Below, in pieces: positions 9,677 through 19,813 of a DNA stretch of 64,000 bases (position 1 is its first letter; every line of letters begins with the position of its first letter). The stretch spans positions 352,001 to 416,000 of the forward strand of contig CBDUPA010000003.1 of NCBI GenBank assembly GCA_965368975.1. The letters are read 5' to 3'. The DNA comes from an uncultured bacterium. Lineage in GTDB: Bacteria; Acidobacteriota; Thermoanaerobaculia; Multivoradales; JAHZIX01. The position numbers and the translations under genes are program-made. Below the pieces are notes generated by a model, which was given only the letters and a program-made list of their open reading frames with translations, was not told the origin of the DNA and ran no database searches.

Positions 9677-11881
9677 ATGTCAGCATCCGTGGTCGCGAGA
9701 ATGTGCGGACTTCTGGCTTGCGTACTGCTGGCACAGGCTTGCGGCAAGAGTGCACCGCCGACGGATGCGCGCCTGGAGCGCATCGCCGAGCTGGAAGATG
9801 CGCGCGACGACAGCGGATTGTTGGTGCGCTACTTGATCGAGGGAAACGAGGTCGTGCGGGCCCGTGCCGCGCGTGCTCTCGGCCGCCTGCAAGATCCTTT
9901 CGCGGTGCCGGCGCTGGCTCGCGTGGCGAAGGAAGATGTCGATCGGGCCGTGCGCCAGGAAGCCGTATTTGCGCTCGGGCAGTACGGCCTGGCAGAGCAG
10001 CTTGACTGGCGCGGCGACAAGTCACCGATCGAAGCGACTGCCGCCACCACGGTTGCGGCCTTGCTCGGCGATCCCGACATCCAGGTCGCGGCGCTCGCGA
10101 CCGAGGCCTTGGGCAAGTTGGCGCCAGCGCCGAGCGTTGTCGACGCGGAGGCACGGCTGCTGGAGCAGCTGAACTCTGAGCACGCGTCGGTCCGCGTCGA
10201 GGCCGCTCACGGACTCTTCCGGCTGCGTTTCGCTCCCCTGTGGCGGGGCCAGGCCGAGCAGCCGCCGGCGTTGAGTGACTCGGCTGTCGAGGCCCTCGGA
10301 GGTGCGCTGGTGGACGCCGATCCCGGTGTGCGCGAAGCGGCCGCGCATGCCTTGAGCCGCTGGGGAGAGCCGCGCGCGATCGACGCCCTGGTGGCCTACC
10401 TGGAATCCACCGCGGCTGGTGGGGGAGTCGCAGCCGAGGAGTGGACGCCGGTCTTCGCACTGCGGGCGCTCGGCCGCAGTGGAGAATCCGCCGCGACGGC
10501 CCCAACACTGGACGCCATCGCGAGTCGGCTCGACGATGCCGATCTGCACGTACGCCTGGAGGCCGTGACCTCGCTGGCAGCCCTAGCCGCGGCTGAGCGG
10601 CTGCCGGTGCAGCTGGTCGAGGATGCCAGCTGGTTGGTGCGCGCGGCTGCCGCGTCCGCCTGGGCTCGCGGTACGAAACCCGGAGAGTTGGACGCTCTAC
10701 GGCGTCTCGAAGCGGATGCCTCGCCGGGTGTCCGTGCGGCGGTGATCGAAGCCCTGGCCCAGCGGCTGGGGAAGGACGCGGTCGAGGAACTCGATGGTTA
10801 TCAGAGCGATGAGGACTACCGTCTGCGCGCCGCTGCCGTCCGGGCGGCCAGGTTCTTGCCAGCGGAGGAAGCCGCGGCGCGTCTGCGTCGTGCTCTCCGA
10901 GATCCGGACGTACGCGTCGCCGTAGCAGCCATCGAGCCGCTGGCGGGCTTGGCTACGCAGGTGCCCGACGCGGAGCCGCGGGCCTGGTTCGGTGAGGTGC
11001 TGGCGACCGAGGATCTGTCGGTGCGCGGCACCGCGCTGACCGTCCTACCGCAGCTACTCGCACAGCCCGGCATCGAGTTGCCCGACTTGCCGGCACACCT
11101 GACCGCTGCCTATGACGCGTCCGCCGGCCTCGACTGGATCGAAGTGCGGGAACAGCTGATGACGGCTGCCGGCGAACTGCCGCCAGAAGATGCGGCGATC
11201 CTGCCGCTGCTGCGCCGCGGTCTCGAGGATCCGGCGCCGTCGGTGGTGGCGCTGGCGCGCGAGGCGTTGCAGGCGCGCGGCGAGACCGTCGAGATTGCCG
11301 AGGAGGAAGGCACTGGCACGGCGACTGGCACGGCGACCGAAACGGTGCCGGCGGAGGACACGCGCTCAGCCTTGCTCGACGTCGACTTCGAGACTGCGCC
11401 GATCGTCGTGCTGGAGACCGACAAGGGGACGCTCCGCGTCCAGACCCTGCCGGCCGACGCGCCCGTGCACGTCGCCAACTTCGTCCAGCTGGTCGAGCAG
11501 GGCTTCTACGATGGTCTTCTCTGGCACCGCGTCGCGCCCAATTTTGTCATTCAAGGCGGCGACCCGCGCGGTGACGGCTGGGGCGGTCCTGGCTACAACC
11601 TACGCGACGAGATCCATCCCGTTCAGCGCTACCGTCGTGGCACCCTGGGCATGCCCAAGGCCGGCAAGGACACCGGCGGTGGCCAGTTGTTCTTCACCCA
11701 CATCCCGACACCGCACCTGGACGGCAATTACACCGTCTTCGGGCAGGTTGTCGAGGGCCTGGAGGTGATCGACGCGATCGAGATCGGTGACCGGATCGTG
11801 CGCGCGACCGTCGAAAGCCCATCCGTCGAAGATCCAGCCACCGAAGATCCAGCCGTCGAAGATCCAGCCGTCGAGCGCTAG
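9677..11881 (+). CDS. HEAT-repeat lipoprotein with C-terminal cyclophilin-type peptidyl-prolyl isomerase
   Basis: Lipobox-like LAQAC and many VRxxAAxALG HEAT repeats. Cyclophilin motifs FYDGLLWHRVAPNFVIQGGDP, GKDTGGGQLF and HLDGNYTVFGQV. Start is uncertain (9581/9677/9701). Confidence 0.88.
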   Translation: MSASVVARMCGLLACVLLAQACGKSAPPTDARLERIAELEDARDDSGLLVRYLIEGNEVVRARAARALGRLQDPFAVPALARVAKEDVDRAVRQEAVFALGQYGLAEQLDWRGDKSPIEATAATTVAALLGDPDIQVAALATEALGKLAPAPSVVDAEARLLEQLNSEHASVRVEAAHGLFRLRFAPLWRGQAEQPPALSDSAVEALGGALVDADPGVREAAAHALSRWGEPRAIDALVAYLESTAAGGGVAAEEWTPVFALRALGRSGESAATAPTLDAIASRLDDADLHVRLEAVTSLAALAAAERLPVQLVEDASWLVRAAAASAWARGTKPGELDALRRLEADASPGVRAAVIEALAQRLGKDAVEELDGYQSDEDYRLRAAAVRAARFLPAEEAAARLRRALRDPDVRVAVAAIEPLAGLATQVPDAEPRAWFGEVLATEDLSVRGTALTVLPQLLAQPGIELPDLPAHLTAAYDASAGLDWIEVREQLMTAAGELPPEDAAILPLLRRGLEDPAPSVVALAREALQARGETVEIAEEEGTGTATGTATETVPAEDTRSALLDVDFETAPIVVLETDKGTLRVQTLPADAPVHVANFVQLVEQGFYDGLLWHRVAPNFVIQGGDPRGDGWGGPGYNLRDEIHPVQRYRRGTLGMPKAGKDTGGGQLFFTHIPTPHLDGNYTVFGQVVEGLEVIDAIEIGDRIVRATVESPSVEDPATEDPAVEDPAVER
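11808..11874. repeat. In-frame 15-bp tandem repeat at the C-terminus of the HEAT-PPIase
   Basis: About 4 CCGTCGAAGATCCAG-type units encoding VEDPA/TEDPA. Confidence 0.85.
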
Positions 11882-13434
11882 TCCGTGTACCCCAGCGCTC
11901 GCAACGCCTTCTGCGCCTCCTCCGAATCCGCGTCGCTGCCCGCTTCGACATTGTCGCGCAGCCAGCCGAAGAGTTCACGGCGCAGGCGCCTCACCTGCTC
12001 CGTGTGGTCCGCCGTCTCGTCCTCGGCCAGCAGGTTGCGCGTCTCGCCGGGATCGCTGGGCAAGTGGTAGAGCTCGTAGGCCTCGGGCACCAGGCGCTGG
12101 CGGCGTTGAGTCTCAGGTAGGTAGATCAGCTTCCAGGCCTCGTCCTGCACGCTGCGATAGTGCGCGGGCTTGCGGCCGGCTTCGGCGAAGGCGTACCGCG
12201 ACAGCGCTTCCGTCCGGGTGGGTTCGAGATCCGGCAGCAGCCAGGGCAGCAGGCTCTCGCCCTCCAGACCGTCGACTTCGACCCGTGGCAGCGCCAGGTC
12301 GAGCAGCGTCGGGTAGAGGTCGACCAAGTCGACCGCGCGCTCGACGCGTCGCTGTTCAGCCAGTGAGCCGACGGCCGGCGCACCGTCCTGAGCGCTGCCA
12401 TAGCGGACGAAGAAGAGCGGTACGTGCGAGGCGGCGTTGTAGGGCGTTGGGCCATGCTCGAAATAGGAGCCGTGGTCGCCCAGGCTCTCACCGTGGTCGG
12501 CGGTGAAGATCACCAGTGCATCGTCGAGCAGGCCCAAGGAGCGCGCGCGCTCCAGCACCGCCTGGATGTGCAGGTCGGTGACCAAGATGTTGGCGTCGTA
12601 CTGCGCGACGTAAAAGCGCAGCTCGTCGTGGTCACCGATGCGTCGGCCGCGGGTGTTGCGCAGGTCGACGCGCTCGTCCCCCTGGTAGTAAGAGTCGTCG
12701 AGGAAGGGATTGTCGAAACCGTCGGGCAGGATGTACGGCACATGTGGATCCGAGTAGTGCAACCAGACGAAGGTACGGTCGACGTCCTGCAGACGCTCGA
12801 GCAGCGGCAGCGCACGCTCGTTGACCTCACCGGCCCACAGTTGTTCCCGGAAAATGGTCGGCTGATCGGAGTGGCCGTCGCCCCACGTCTGCAGGTACTC
12901 GTCGAAGCCCGCGTCCCAGCCCAGATCTTTGGACAGGACGGCGTTCGAGATTACCGCGGCCGTGCGATAGCCGGCGTCGTGAAACACCTCGGGCAGTGTG
13001 TGGTAGGCCTCGGGCACCTCCACCGCCGCCGCGTGCGTCATGCCGGTAGTCTGCGGGTAGCGCCCAGTGAAAATCGAGGCGAAGGAGGCGCCGGTCTTCG
13101 GCCATTGAGCGATCGCCTTGTCGAAGGTGACGCCGCTGGTCGCTAGTTCCCGCAGGTACGGCGAGGTGTCCCGCGGATAGCCGTAGAGGCTCATGTGGTC
13201 GGCGCGCAGTGTGTCGACGGTGATCAGGAAGACACGTTGGGGTGGTTGATAGTCGCCGGGCAGCAGGGAGTGCGCGCGCGTCGTCGAGGAACCGGCGGAG
13301 GTCTCCGCGGGTGGTGTCGAAGGGGCGCGGTCGCAGGCGATCTGAGTTCCCCACAACAGCAGGGTAGTCAGCAGGCCGAGACAGGCATGAGCGGAGCGAG
13401 CAGAGGAGACGGAAGCAGGCGAGGTCGTACACAT
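11878..13434 (-). CDS. Sulfatase/alkaline-phosphatase superfamily lipoprotein, non-canonical active-site motif
   Basis: LITVDTLRADH, ASIFTGRYP, WLHYSDPH, FTADHGE and YHLPSDPGE motifs. Lipobox QIAC. WPKTGASF replaces C/SxPxR. Confidence 0.88.
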   Translation of the reverse strand: MCTTSPASVSSARSAHACLGLLTTLLLWGTQIACDRAPSTPPAETSAGSSTTRAHSLLPGDYQPPQRVFLITVDTLRADHMSLYGYPRDTSPYLRELATSGVTFDKAIAQWPKTGASFASIFTGRYPQTTGMTHAAAVEVPEAYHTLPEVFHDAGYRTAAVISNAVLSKDLGWDAGFDEYLQTWGDGHSDQPTIFREQLWAGEVNERALPLLERLQDVDRTFVWLHYSDPHVPYILPDGFDNPFLDDSYYQGDERVDLRNTRGRRIGDHDELRFYVAQYDANILVTDLHIQAVLERARSLGLLDDALVIFTADHGESLGDHGSYFEHGPTPYNAASHVPLFFVRYGSAQDGAPAVGSLAEQRRVERAVDLVDLYPTLLDLALPRVEVDGLEGESLLPWLLPDLEPTRTEALSRYAFAEAGRKPAHYRSVQDEAWKLIYLPETQRRQRLVPEAYELYHLPSDPGETRNLLAEDETADHTEQVRRLRRELFGWLRDNVEAGSDADSEEAQKALRALGYTD

Positions 13435-13499
13435 AGGTCACACAGGATATCAGGAGTTCGGCGCTGCCAGGTTCTCCCCTTGGCCGGTCTACGCTAGAC

Positions 13500-15998
13500 T
13501 TGCCCTCCGTGATTCGCCCCACCCTCCACCGCACCGTGTCGCTGCCCCTGGCGTGCCTTTTCCTGGTTCTGCTGGCTTTCCCGCTGACCTTGGGCAAACC
13601 CGGCCTGCCGCCCAACTTGAAGGCGGACGAGAGCGCCTACTACCTGATGGCGCTGAGCCTGTTCCACGACCGCGACCTACGGCTGGAGGTCGAAGACGTC
13701 GATCGGGTGTTCCACGAGTACCCCTACGGGGCTGTGCGCAACCTGATCGCCATGACCGACGACGGCTGGAACAGCGCCTACTTCGGCAAGCCCTACGTCT
13801 ACAGCCTTTTTGCCGCGCCTCTCGCCGGGCCTTTCGGTGCCGACGGCATGATCTTCTTCAACATGCTGCTGTTGGTGGCCATGATCTGGATGGGCGCGCA
13901 GTACCTGCAGCGCTTCAACGCCCGCCCGCTGTCCGAACTCTTCGCCGCCGGCTTCTTCCTGCTCGCCAATGCTGCCCCGTACGTCTTCTGGTTGCATCCG
14001 GAAGTGTTCAACATGGCGTCGATCACGGCATGCCTGTATCTGGCGTTCACCGGTGCATCAGTGGCGATGCCGCACGAACCGCGCGACCGGCGAGCCTTGC
14101 TGCGCGCGGCCGCCTCCGGTGCCGTGCTGGCGCTAGCGGTCTACAACAAGCCGATGTTCGCGCTGTTGGGCATCGCGCCGTTGGTCGCCTACCTGTGGCC
14201 GGCTCACCGGGGCGAGGAAGAGGTAAGTAAGTCTGGCGAGGTGGGCGAGGGTAGCGAGGCAGGCGAGAGTGGGGGCGACGGGGCAGAAAGCTGGCGTCTC
14301 GGAGGTCGGCGTGCGGTAGCGTGGGTGCTCGGTGCGATCCTTGGCATGGCTCTGATCAGCGGCCTGGCGCAGCTACTGACCGGCCATCCATCATCGTACC
14401 TGGGGGTGAGTCGCCAGGGCGTGACCGTCTGCGAGCCGGGCAAGATCCCCGCAGCCATCGTGCCGGCAGAAACCTTGGCGGACACCGACGACAACAGCGC
14501 CGCGGCGCGCGAACGGGAGGCGGTCGCGCATTCACCGACCGGCAATGCCTGGAGCTGGATGTTCCGGGTGCCGAGGCTGATTCCAGGCGAGTTCTTCGAG
14601 AACCTGAGTTACTTCCTGTGGGGCCGGCACACGGGGTTGTTCCTCTACATGCCCTTCGCCGTGCTTGCCGTGATCTTCTTTGGCCGCCACCGCTGGCAGG
14701 CCTGGAGGCATCGGCTCGAAGCCCCGCGCCGCGATCCCGGGCGCTGGGCCCTGCTCGCCGGCCTGGTTGCCGTGGCGCTCTTCTTCTTGCTCTTCATCTT
14801 CTTCAACTGGCATGGTGGTGGCGGCTTCATCGGCAACCGCTACTATGTCAGTGTCTACCCAGCGTTTCTCTTCCTGGTGACGGTGATCCGTCCACGCTGG
14901 TTGCTGCCGGTGGTCTGCTTGTTCGGCGGCCTGTTCCTGGCGCCACTGCTGATCACGCCCTTCGGCTCCGGCGTACCCGAACCGACCCTGCAGGCGCACG
15001 TGCGCAATGCGCCGTTCCGCGTCTTCCCGCTCGAGCTGTCGCTGCGCAACGTGCCCGGCTACGAGACGACCAGGATCGGTGATCTGCGCTTGCGCGGCCG
15101 CAAGGATGTGTTCCTGCCGCAGGGGGACGAGATCTGGCTGCATGGTTCGACGCGCAGCGAGATCCATGTGCTGAGTCCCGAGCGCCTGGAGCAAGTGACC
15201 TTCGAGCTGCGCAGTCCGGCACCGAACAACGAGGTCCGCCTGTGGCTGGGCAGTCCTTGGTGGACACAGCACTACGAGTATCTCCACTTCACCCAGGCCG
15301 AGCAGGTTGCCCGTTTGCAACTCGAGGCCGGGGAGCCCTATCGGGTGCGCACCGTGCGCTTGTACGACGACGCGACCGGTGAGATGAGCCTGGGCAAGAT
15401 CTACGTCTACCGCCTGGTCGTGCAGTCCAGCACGGGCCGTGTGCGGCCGTGGACGCGCTTCTATCCACCCAATCCCTGTCCGTACTTCACCTACGACGAG
15501 ACGCGGCAAGAGAACTTCTTGGTCGGCGTGGGGCTGGCCTGGTTGGGCCAGAATGTCGACCTCGATGCCGATCTCTACGCCGTGCGCTGGGGCCAGATCG
15601 ACGCTCCGGCGAGCGTGACGGTGGGACAGCGCTTCCAGCTCGGGACGCGAGTGTTCAACCAGAGCGCACTGCCGTGGCCAGGGGGCAAGCAGGCACCGGG
15701 AGCCGCGCGCGTCAAGCTGAGCTACCGCTGGCTCGACCCCAGTGGCGAGGTCGTGGCCGGCCTGGGCGATGGTGAGCGCACCGAGTTGCCGGGAACTGTC
15801 GAGCCAGGAGAGCGTGTCGTCGTGCGCCAGGATGTCGAGGCTCCGACCGTCACGGGCTCCTACTTGTTAGAAATCGACCTGGTCTATGAACGCATCGCCT
15901 GGTTCTCGCAGCGCAACGGCGGCACCACGCAGCGCATCCCGATCACGGTATTGCCCGCAGAATTGCCTGTAGCTGGACTGGAGGAAGACACGCCTTGA
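13500..15998 (+). CDS. Polytopic membrane protein, probable GT-C fold glycosyltransferase, with C-terminal Ig-like domain
   Basis: DE motif in the first loop (LKADESAYY), about 11 hydrophobic segments, GGGFIGNRY. C-terminal VKLSYRW...PGE...EIDLVYERIAWF Ig-like domain. Confidence 0.65.
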   Translation: MPSVIRPTLHRTVSLPLACLFLVLLAFPLTLGKPGLPPNLKADESAYYLMALSLFHDRDLRLEVEDVDRVFHEYPYGAVRNLIAMTDDGWNSAYFGKPYVYSLFAAPLAGPFGADGMIFFNMLLLVAMIWMGAQYLQRFNARPLSELFAAGFFLLANAAPYVFWLHPEVFNMASITACLYLAFTGASVAMPHEPRDRRALLRAAASGAVLALAVYNKPMFALLGIAPLVAYLWPAHRGEEEVSKSGEVGEGSEAGESGGDGAESWRLGGRRAVAWVLGAILGMALISGLAQLLTGHPSSYLGVSRQGVTVCEPGKIPAAIVPAETLADTDDNSAAAREREAVAHSPTGNAWSWMFRVPRLIPGEFFENLSYFLWGRHTGLFLYMPFAVLAVIFFGRHRWQAWRHRLEAPRRDPGRWALLAGLVAVALFFLLFIFFNWHGGGGFIGNRYYVSVYPAFLFLVTVIRPRWLLPVVCLFGGLFLAPLLITPFGSGVPEPTLQAHVRNAPFRVFPLELSLRNVPGYETTRIGDLRLRGRKDVFLPQGDEIWLHGSTRSEIHVLSPERLEQVTFELRSPAPNNEVRLWLGSPWWTQHYEYLHFTQAEQVARLQLEAGEPYRVRTVRLYDDATGEMSLGKIYVYRLVVQSSTGRVRPWTRFYPPNPCPYFTYDETRQENFLVGVGLAWLGQNVDLDADLYAVRWGQIDAPASVTVGQRFQLGTRVFNQSALPWPGGKQAPGAARVKLSYRWLDPSGEVVAGLGDGERTELPGTVEPGERVVVRQDVEAPTVTGSYLLEIDLVYERIAWFSQRNGGTTQRIPITVLPAELPVAGLEEDTP

Positions 15999-16948
15999 CC
16001 GAAACTTCGACTGACCTGCCGCGCGTCGCCGCCATCGTCCTCAACTACAACGGCAAGGACGTCACGCTCCAGGCGCTGGCCAGCCTGAGCGCCATGACCT
16101 ACGGTGCCTTCGACCTGATCGTGGTCGACAACGGTTCGAGCGATGGTTCCGCCGACGCCATCGCCGAGCAGTTTCCCCAGGTTCTGCAAGTGCGCACCGA
16201 CGTCAACTTGGGCGCCGCTGGTGGCTGCAATCTTGGCTTCCGCTACGCGCTGGAACAAAGCTACGATTACCTTCTGATCCTCAACAATGACATCGAGGTC
16301 GCCCCGGAGATGCTCAGCGAGCTGGTCGCCCTCGCCGAGGTGGATCCGCAGATCGGCTGCGTCGGACCCAAGGAGTACTACTACTGGGATCGCCAACGCC
16401 TGTGGTCCGCTGGTGGCCGCATTCGCTTCCGTGAGGCGATCACGCGGGAACGCGGTGATGGAGAGATCGATGAAGGTCAGTACGACCGCGACGAGCAGGT
16501 CGACTACATCAACGGTTGCGCCATGCTGATCCGCCGCCAGGCCATGCTCGATGTGGGTCTCTGGGACCCGCTCTTCCACCTCGCCGTCGAGGACGCCGAC
16601 TTCTGCCGCCGGCTGCAAGCGCGCGGCTGGACCTGCTGGTACGCCCACCGCGCCCGCCTCTGGCACATGGTTGCCTATGCCACCGGTGTCTACAAAGCCG
16701 GCAAGACGTTTCAGACCGGCCGCAGTACCGCTCTCTTCCTGCGTCGCTACGCCGGGCCACTGCAGTGGCTACGCTCGCTCGCATTCCTCTGTGCCGCGCT
16801 GCCGGCGGCGTTTGTGCGCGAGCTCCTGAAGGGAAACCAAGGGGCCGTGGTGTCGAAAGCACGCGGCTTTGTGGACGGTCTACGCGCCCCGATGACCTCG
16901 CCACCGAGCGTTGACGCCCAGGGGCCGCCGTACCGGGTGCTCGAGTAG
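15995..16948 (+). CDS. Glycosyltransferase family 2 (WbbL/rhamnosyltransferase-like)
   Basis: VLNYNG, VVDNGSSDGS, NLGAAGGCN, LILNND, GCAMLI and EDADFC motifs. Translationally coupled to the upstream gene. Confidence 0.92.
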   Translation: MTETSTDLPRVAAIVLNYNGKDVTLQALASLSAMTYGAFDLIVVDNGSSDGSADAIAEQFPQVLQVRTDVNLGAAGGCNLGFRYALEQSYDYLLILNNDIEVAPEMLSELVALAEVDPQIGCVGPKEYYYWDRQRLWSAGGRIRFREAITRERGDGEIDEGQYDRDEQVDYINGCAMLIRRQAMLDVGLWDPLFHLAVEDADFCRRLQARGWTCWYAHRARLWHMVAYATGVYKAGKTFQTGRSTALFLRRYAGPLQWLRSLAFLCAALPAAFVRELLKGNQGAVVSKARGFVDGLRAPMTSPPSVDAQGPPYRVLE

Positions 16949-16964
16949 TACACGGGAGATCGAG

Positions 16965-17486
16965 ATGTTCGACAATCTCAAGGCCGACACCCGGCGCATG
17001 AAGCTCATCAAGTCCAAGGCCTTTCCTTGGTACGTGCTCGAGAGCCTGCTGCTCGACAACGGCTACCAGGCGGTGGTGCTGTACCGGATGTCGCACTGGT
17101 TCAAGAAGCACCGCATTCCGTTCGCCGGCCCCTTCCTGCAGCGCCTGAACATCTTCCTGACCGGTGTTGATATCTCGCCGAGTGCCGAGATCGGTCCAGG
17201 CTTGCTGATCAGTCATGGGGTCGGCCTGGTGATCGGCGGGTACGCCAAGATCGGGGCCAATGCCCTGCTGTTGCATGGTGTGACGCTGGGCTCACCGAGC
17301 CGCGGCAAGGTCGAGCAGATGCCGCGCGTCGGGGACAATGCGTTCCTCGGTGCCGGTGCCAAGCTGATTGGTGGCATCGAGATTGGGGACGATGTGATGA
17401 TCGGGCCCAATGTGGTCGTGATGCAGGATGTCCCGGCTGGGAGCAAGGTTCGGAACCCTGCCGGCATCGAGATCGTGCCGAACTAG
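16965..17486 (+). CDS. Serine-O-acetyltransferase-like left-handed beta-helix acetyltransferase (WcaB/CysE-like)
   Basis: TGVDISPSAEIGPGLLISHGVGLVIG hexapeptide repeats. Short, lacking the CysE N-terminal domain. ATG 16965 follows a GGAG RBS. Confidence 0.85.
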   Translation: MFDNLKADTRRMKLIKSKAFPWYVLESLLLDNGYQAVVLYRMSHWFKKHRIPFAGPFLQRLNIFLTGVDISPSAEIGPGLLISHGVGLVIGGYAKIGANALLLHGVTLGSPSRGKVEQMPRVGDNAFLGAGAKLIGGIEIGDDVMIGPNVVVMQDVPAGSKVRNPAGIEIVPN

Positions 17487-19528
17487 ATCTTCGCCACCTC
17501 GACGCGTGCGTCATTGAAGCACGCTCCCTCGCCGAGATCCGCGTAGGTCGCTGGAGAGAGTGCATTCGAACTGAGGCCGTTGTGGGTGTTGTGGCTCCAG
17601 ATACCCTTGGGCAGCGCTGCGACGCCGGGGCGTAGATCTGCATTGACCTTCAGCGGGCAGCGCACCTCGCCCAGCTCGTTGTAGACGCGCACGTCATCGC
17701 CGCTGGTCAGCCCGCGGGCTGCCGCGTCGTCCGGGTGCAGCTCGACGGGAACGAGGTCTCGGTGTAGCTGGCCGAACGTGGAGCTGATGTGGGTGCGCAG
17801 GGCGGGGGAGATGAGGGCGAGGGGATAGTCCTCGGTTCCGGGATCGGCCTGGTAGTGATAGAGGCCGTGCGGAGTCTCAGCGTCGAGAGCGGGTGGCACG
17901 AGGTGGATCTTGCGGTCCGGCGTGCCTGGGAAGACATCGACGAACTGGATCGGCCGCGCTCCGCTGGGTGGGGGAGCGACGCCGCCATCTTGGATCTGCT
18001 GGCGCAGCTCATCGCCCTGGCCACTGCCGTCGAGGATGCGGTCGATGATCGAGTCGGCATCGCTGGCGTCTTCGGGGCGGTCGAGATCGAGACGCTGCGT
18101 GAGGTCTGCGAAGACTTCGAGGTTGGAGCGTGCTTCGCCGACCGGAGGGATCACGGGCTGCCCGTCTTGCAGGGCGTAGGCGCCGTAGGCACGCTTGAGT
18201 TCACGATGCTCCAAGAAGGTGGTGGCGGGCAGCAGCAAGTCGGCGTAGCGGGCGGTATCGGTCATCACCTGCTCGAAGACGATGGTGAATAGATCCTTGC
18301 GTTCCAGCCCCTGGCGCACCTGGACCTGCTCGGGCAGCGTCGACAGCGGATTGGCATTGTAGACGAAGAGCAGGTGCACCGGTGGGTCGGCCTCGAGGAG
18401 ATCACGACCGAGGCGGTTCATGTTGAGGATGCGCGTGGCCGGCGGCGCATCGTCGACCGCCTTGCCGAGATGCTTCCAGACGCCGCTGTTGCTCATTGTG
18501 AGGCCGCCAGCGCGTCGACCGAACTTGCCAGCGACGGCGGGCAGAGCGAGGATGGCGGCGGTGGAGGAGCCGCCGTTGCGGTTGCGCTCCTGGCCGTAAC
18601 CGCAGCGCAGAACTGCCGGGTGAGTCTCAGCATACATGTGAGCGAAGCGTTCGAGGTCGGCGGCCGGGATGCCGCTGACCTGGGCGGCTCGCTCGAGCGT
18701 CCAGGGGGCGGCGCGGTGGCGCAGTTCGTCGCTGCCGGTCGTGTGCTGCGCCAGGAAGTCGAGATCGGCACGATCGTTTTCGAACAGCCAGCGAATGAGG
18801 CTGAGCGCTACAGGTAGATCGGTACCGGGACGCGGCGCCAGATGCAGGTCGGCTTTCTTGGCCAGCGGAGTGCGGCGCGGATCGATGACCACCAGCTGGG
18901 CACCCGCTGCCTGGGCGCGCTGAACCACCGGTACCAGATGGATACCCGAGGCCGATGGGTTGGCGCCCCAGATGACGATCAGCTTGGCATGCTCATAGTC
19001 CTCGAACGCGACGCCAGCGAGCTTGCCGTAGAGGCCGCTCAGCGCCGTCGCGGTTGGGGCGGCACAGACCGCTCGGCGCAGCTGCGAAGCACCGAGTCGC
19101 CGGAACAGGCGGGCATCGGTGGAATCTTGGCTCAGCAGGCCGTTGGAGCCGCCGTAGCAGAAGGGGAGGATCGCCTCAGCGCCATAGGCTTCGGCGACCG
19201 CGCGCAGTTTGCCGGCGGCCAGGTCGAGCGCTTCGTCCCACGACAGCCGTTCAAAACGACCCTCGCCCTTGCGCCCGACACGGCGCAGCGGGTGCAGAAG
19301 GCGGTGTTCGCCATAGACATGCCGGTCGAAGTTGCGAACCTTGGCGCAGATGAAGCCGTCGGTGAGCGGGTTCCGGTGGTTGCCTTCCAGCCGCACCACC
19401 CGCCCGTCGTGCACCGTGACGTCGAGACTGCAGGTGTCGGGACAGTCCATCGGGCAGACGCTCGGGTGAGTTTCCGCGGGAGTCTCGGCGGCAGGGATGG
19501 GACGGGGCGTGGGTTCGAGCGGCGGCAT
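17483..19528 (-). CDS. Molybdopterin (bis-MGD) oxidoreductase family protein, cytoplasmic, YoaE/YyaE-like
   Basis: CPMDCPDTC...C Fe-S motif, WGANP, TDTARYADLLLPATTFLE and HPDDAAARGL motifs. No Tat signal. Confidence 0.92.
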   Translation of the reverse strand: MPPLEPTPRPIPAAETPAETHPSVCPMDCPDTCSLDVTVHDGRVVRLEGNHRNPLTDGFICAKVRNFDRHVYGEHRLLHPLRRVGRKGEGRFERLSWDEALDLAAGKLRAVAEAYGAEAILPFCYGGSNGLLSQDSTDARLFRRLGASQLRRAVCAAPTATALSGLYGKLAGVAFEDYEHAKLIVIWGANPSASGIHLVPVVQRAQAAGAQLVVIDPRRTPLAKKADLHLAPRPGTDLPVALSLIRWLFENDRADLDFLAQHTTGSDELRHRAAPWTLERAAQVSGIPAADLERFAHMYAETHPAVLRCGYGQERNRNGGSSTAAILALPAVAGKFGRRAGGLTMSNSGVWKHLGKAVDDAPPATRILNMNRLGRDLLEADPPVHLLFVYNANPLSTLPEQVQVRQGLERKDLFTIVFEQVMTDTARYADLLLPATTFLEHRELKRAYGAYALQDGQPVIPPVGEARSNLEVFADLTQRLDLDRPEDASDADSIIDRILDGSGQGDELRQQIQDGGVAPPPSGARPIQFVDVFPGTPDRKIHLVPPALDAETPHGLYHYQADPGTEDYPLALISPALRTHISSTFGQLHRDLVPVELHPDDAAARGLTSGDDVRVYNELGEVRCPLKVNADLRPGVAALPKGIWSHNTHNGLSSNALSPATYADLGEGACFNDARVEVAKI

Positions 19529-19710
19529 GGTCAGGCTCCCAAGATTGGTTCGCGGCCAGCCTACCGCTCCAGCGTCTGCAGTTCCAGTACTCGGCGCGAG
19601 GTTTTACGTCTCACTCGTGGCGTAGTGCACTTTGAAACGGGGGCCGTCGTGGAAGCGGGGCGACCTCCAACTGCGGGCGACCCAGGCAGCGCCAGTGCTT
19701 CGCCGGAACA

Positions 19711-19750
19711 AGAAAAGGGCGCGGTGCCCCTACGGACGCCGCGCCTTTCT
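19711..19750 (-). terminator. Rho-independent terminator downstream of the small acidic lipoprotein
   Basis: Minus strand reads AGGCGCGGCGTCC-GTAG-GGGCACCGCGCCC followed by TTTTCTTGTT. Confidence 0.7.
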
Positions 19751-19813
19751 CCAACAGCTCTGCTGGCCGAGATTCGGCTCATGGGTTGAGCCTCCGGTCA
19801 GCTGGCGGTGAAA

